Shown here in pieces: positions 63,820-64,000 of a stretch of DNA of 64,000 nt (positions are counted from its first letter, which is position 1; each line of letters starts with the position of its first letter). A program made the position numbers and the translations under genes. Origin of the DNA: Octopus vulgaris (Eukaryota). The stretch is taken from contig OX597825.1 of the NCBI GenBank assembly GCA_951406725.2, positions 992,001-1,056,000 of the forward strand. The letters run 5' to 3'. The notes beneath the pieces were generated by a model. That model saw only the letters and a list, made by a program, of their open reading frames with translations. It searched no databases and was not told where the DNA came from.

Positions 63820-64000
63820 GTTGCTAACCTATTTTTGAAGAATTCAAGCTTTTTGGCAAATATTCTTTTACTTCATTCAGTCATTAGATTGCAGCCACCT
63901 TGAAAAAATTTAGTTGAACAAATTGACCCTAGTATTTATTTTTTTAAACCTGGTACTCATTCTATCAGTCTCTTTTGCTGAATTGTTAAGTTATGAGGAT

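Overview
AT-rich, microsatellite-dense animal genomic DNA with no prokaryotic features. The repeat landscape (several tRNA-head SINE families, RTE-derived bodies, very dense TA/TG/TATG/AAT tracts) looks like an octopod cephalopod; this is inference from the repeats, not a database match. Nearly all short ORFs in the track are microsatellite artefacts. The only long genuine ORF (7951-10743, +) is an uninterrupted but apparently 5'-truncated R4/Dong-clade non-LTR retrotransposon (RT, CCHC knuckle, restriction-like endonuclease) sitting in an (AAT)n tract. One host exon missing from the ORF track was found by eye at 11572-11696 (-); it encodes the first half of a Dpr/DIP/ZIG-8-like Ig domain, so much of the window is probably intronic or upstream of a neural Ig-superfamily gene. 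The most unusual structure is a ~1 kb Penelope-like (GIY-YIG) palindrome at 53258-54259. Each arm carries a minimal hammerhead ribozyme fold with a compensatory U3-A8 core, intact in the right arm and G12A-mutated in the left. Three more short hammerhead-like Penelope relics sit in TA/TG tracts. Also present: mariner, hAT, pogo, RTE, CR1-like and older R4 fossils, piggyBac-type and hAT-type MITEs with clear TSDs, a non-autonomous Helitron, two minisatellites, and an RTE-derived SINE family with a variable number of tandem pseudoknot-like modules. Family labels A-E are my own working names.
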